DNA of 64,000 nucleotides, taken from contig OZ296649.1 of NCBI GenBank assembly GCA_965655095.1, positions 61,752,001 to 61,816,000 on the forward strand, written 5' to 3'. Positions within the stretch are counted from its first letter, which is position 1, and each line of letters opens with the position of its first letter. Below, one piece after another: positions 63,001 to 64,000 of this stretch. The translations under genes were made by a program, and so were the position numbers. Source of the DNA: Haplodiscus bocki. Its lineage: Eukaryota. Under the pieces are notes generated by a model that saw only the letters and a program-made list of their open reading frames with translations, made no database searches and was not told where the DNA came from.

Positions 63001-64000
63001 CATAGTTGTTGTGCAACCTATTTATTGCGATAATTTTAACGAATAGTTTCCGATTGTATTCCTACAAGGAAATGGAACAGACACTCAAAAGAGCAAGCAG
63101 TGTGATTGATGACAAAGACCATTGTGCCCAAATGTTTTTCGGCCGTGGCTGACTGGGATTCAGTTCTCTGTCGTCAGAAGTGTTCGAGGAAAACCCATCG
63201 AGTTTGTCTGGGCGTGGATGAAGCTGTGGTAGTGATGATGATGATCGGAAGTCTTTCTGGATGTTGCTAGCATTGTAATCTTTGGAACGAAGATTAGAAG
63301 ACAAAACTGGACTTCCCACAACAAACTGAAAGCTTGTTAAAATTGCTACTCATTTGAGTACACTGGTTACTCAAGATACTGCCACTAGAAACTTTCAACC
63401 CAAGAAGGAGAGCAACTAGTAATGAATGTCGAAAGTTCTCTTATCAAACCAATGACTGTAGGCGCCAAGGTAGATTTTCTTTTCTGATGTTCCTGAAAAT
63501 TCTGCTGAAACGTCTATGATTTCGGAAGCGAAAGATCGAAAAGAAATATTAGTTTTACACAAGACCTCGACTCCTTGCCAGAAAGAAAAGATTTGCCAAC
63601 AGTTAGCCAAATAGCTGGGGGAACCTGGAAAATTTGGGTTACACAAAATTCAACCTGGTGTGCGAGACTTCCTGTGCATAAAGCAGTACAATCACAGTCG
63701 TATCAAGTAGAAAAAATATCAGTTACACGAGCGCTATTTATGCAATACGTTGAAATTGAAAGGAAGGATATCAACAAAACGTGATAATCTCATTGAAGTC
63801 GGTACTCCCAAAGATATCTTGAAAAGTAAAACTTGAAACTCTACAATGATGGAATAGAAGATCAGGTGGATTGACTGGAAAGATGTTTTTAATATACTGT
63901 AACATTCGAGGGCTGTTCAATGTGTAAGGAATGAGTGAAAAATCTCTGCAACAAATTCTCAAGACTTTTAAATGCGAAAATGGTTCCTTTCAACTGTAGT

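Overview
AT-rich eukaryotic DNA, probably from an invertebrate, made almost entirely of transposons and repeats. No host gene, tRNA/rRNA gene or CRISPR array could be supported. (1) The main feature is a 7.6-kb env-bearing Ty3/gypsy (ERV-like) LTR element at 8053-15630 on the minus strand, with a 5-bp TSD (ATGCC), a PPT, a tRNA-Leu-like PBS, gag, protease and a class-I-fusogen-like env. It has suffered an internal inversion and lost RT/RH/IN. It also carries an extra ORF (about 11986-12891), antisense and head-to-head with env, that has the T-x-x-H-x-E...K...H signature of a JmjC 2OG/Fe(II) dioxygenase with KDM2/KDM7-like spacing. This is a candidate retroelement-encoded histone demethylase or anti-silencing factor. 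(2) Three different CR1/L2-type LINEs all join ORF1 to ORF2 in frame through TGA-CTA, a known stop-codon readthrough context. One (53601-57030) is intact, and one is preceded by an SGNH-esterase-like extra ORF. (3) There are two multi-kb inverted duplications (1-4170 and about 17020-26601), the second with Polinton-like AGTAGT/ACTACT ends. (4) A cryptic, diverged ~150-bp tandem array lies at about 5330-7280. (5) The rest is two CRE-clade non-LTR elements, RTE, BEL/Pao, MULE and further CR1 relics, plus mini- and microsatellites. All calls come from manual reading; no database searches were run.
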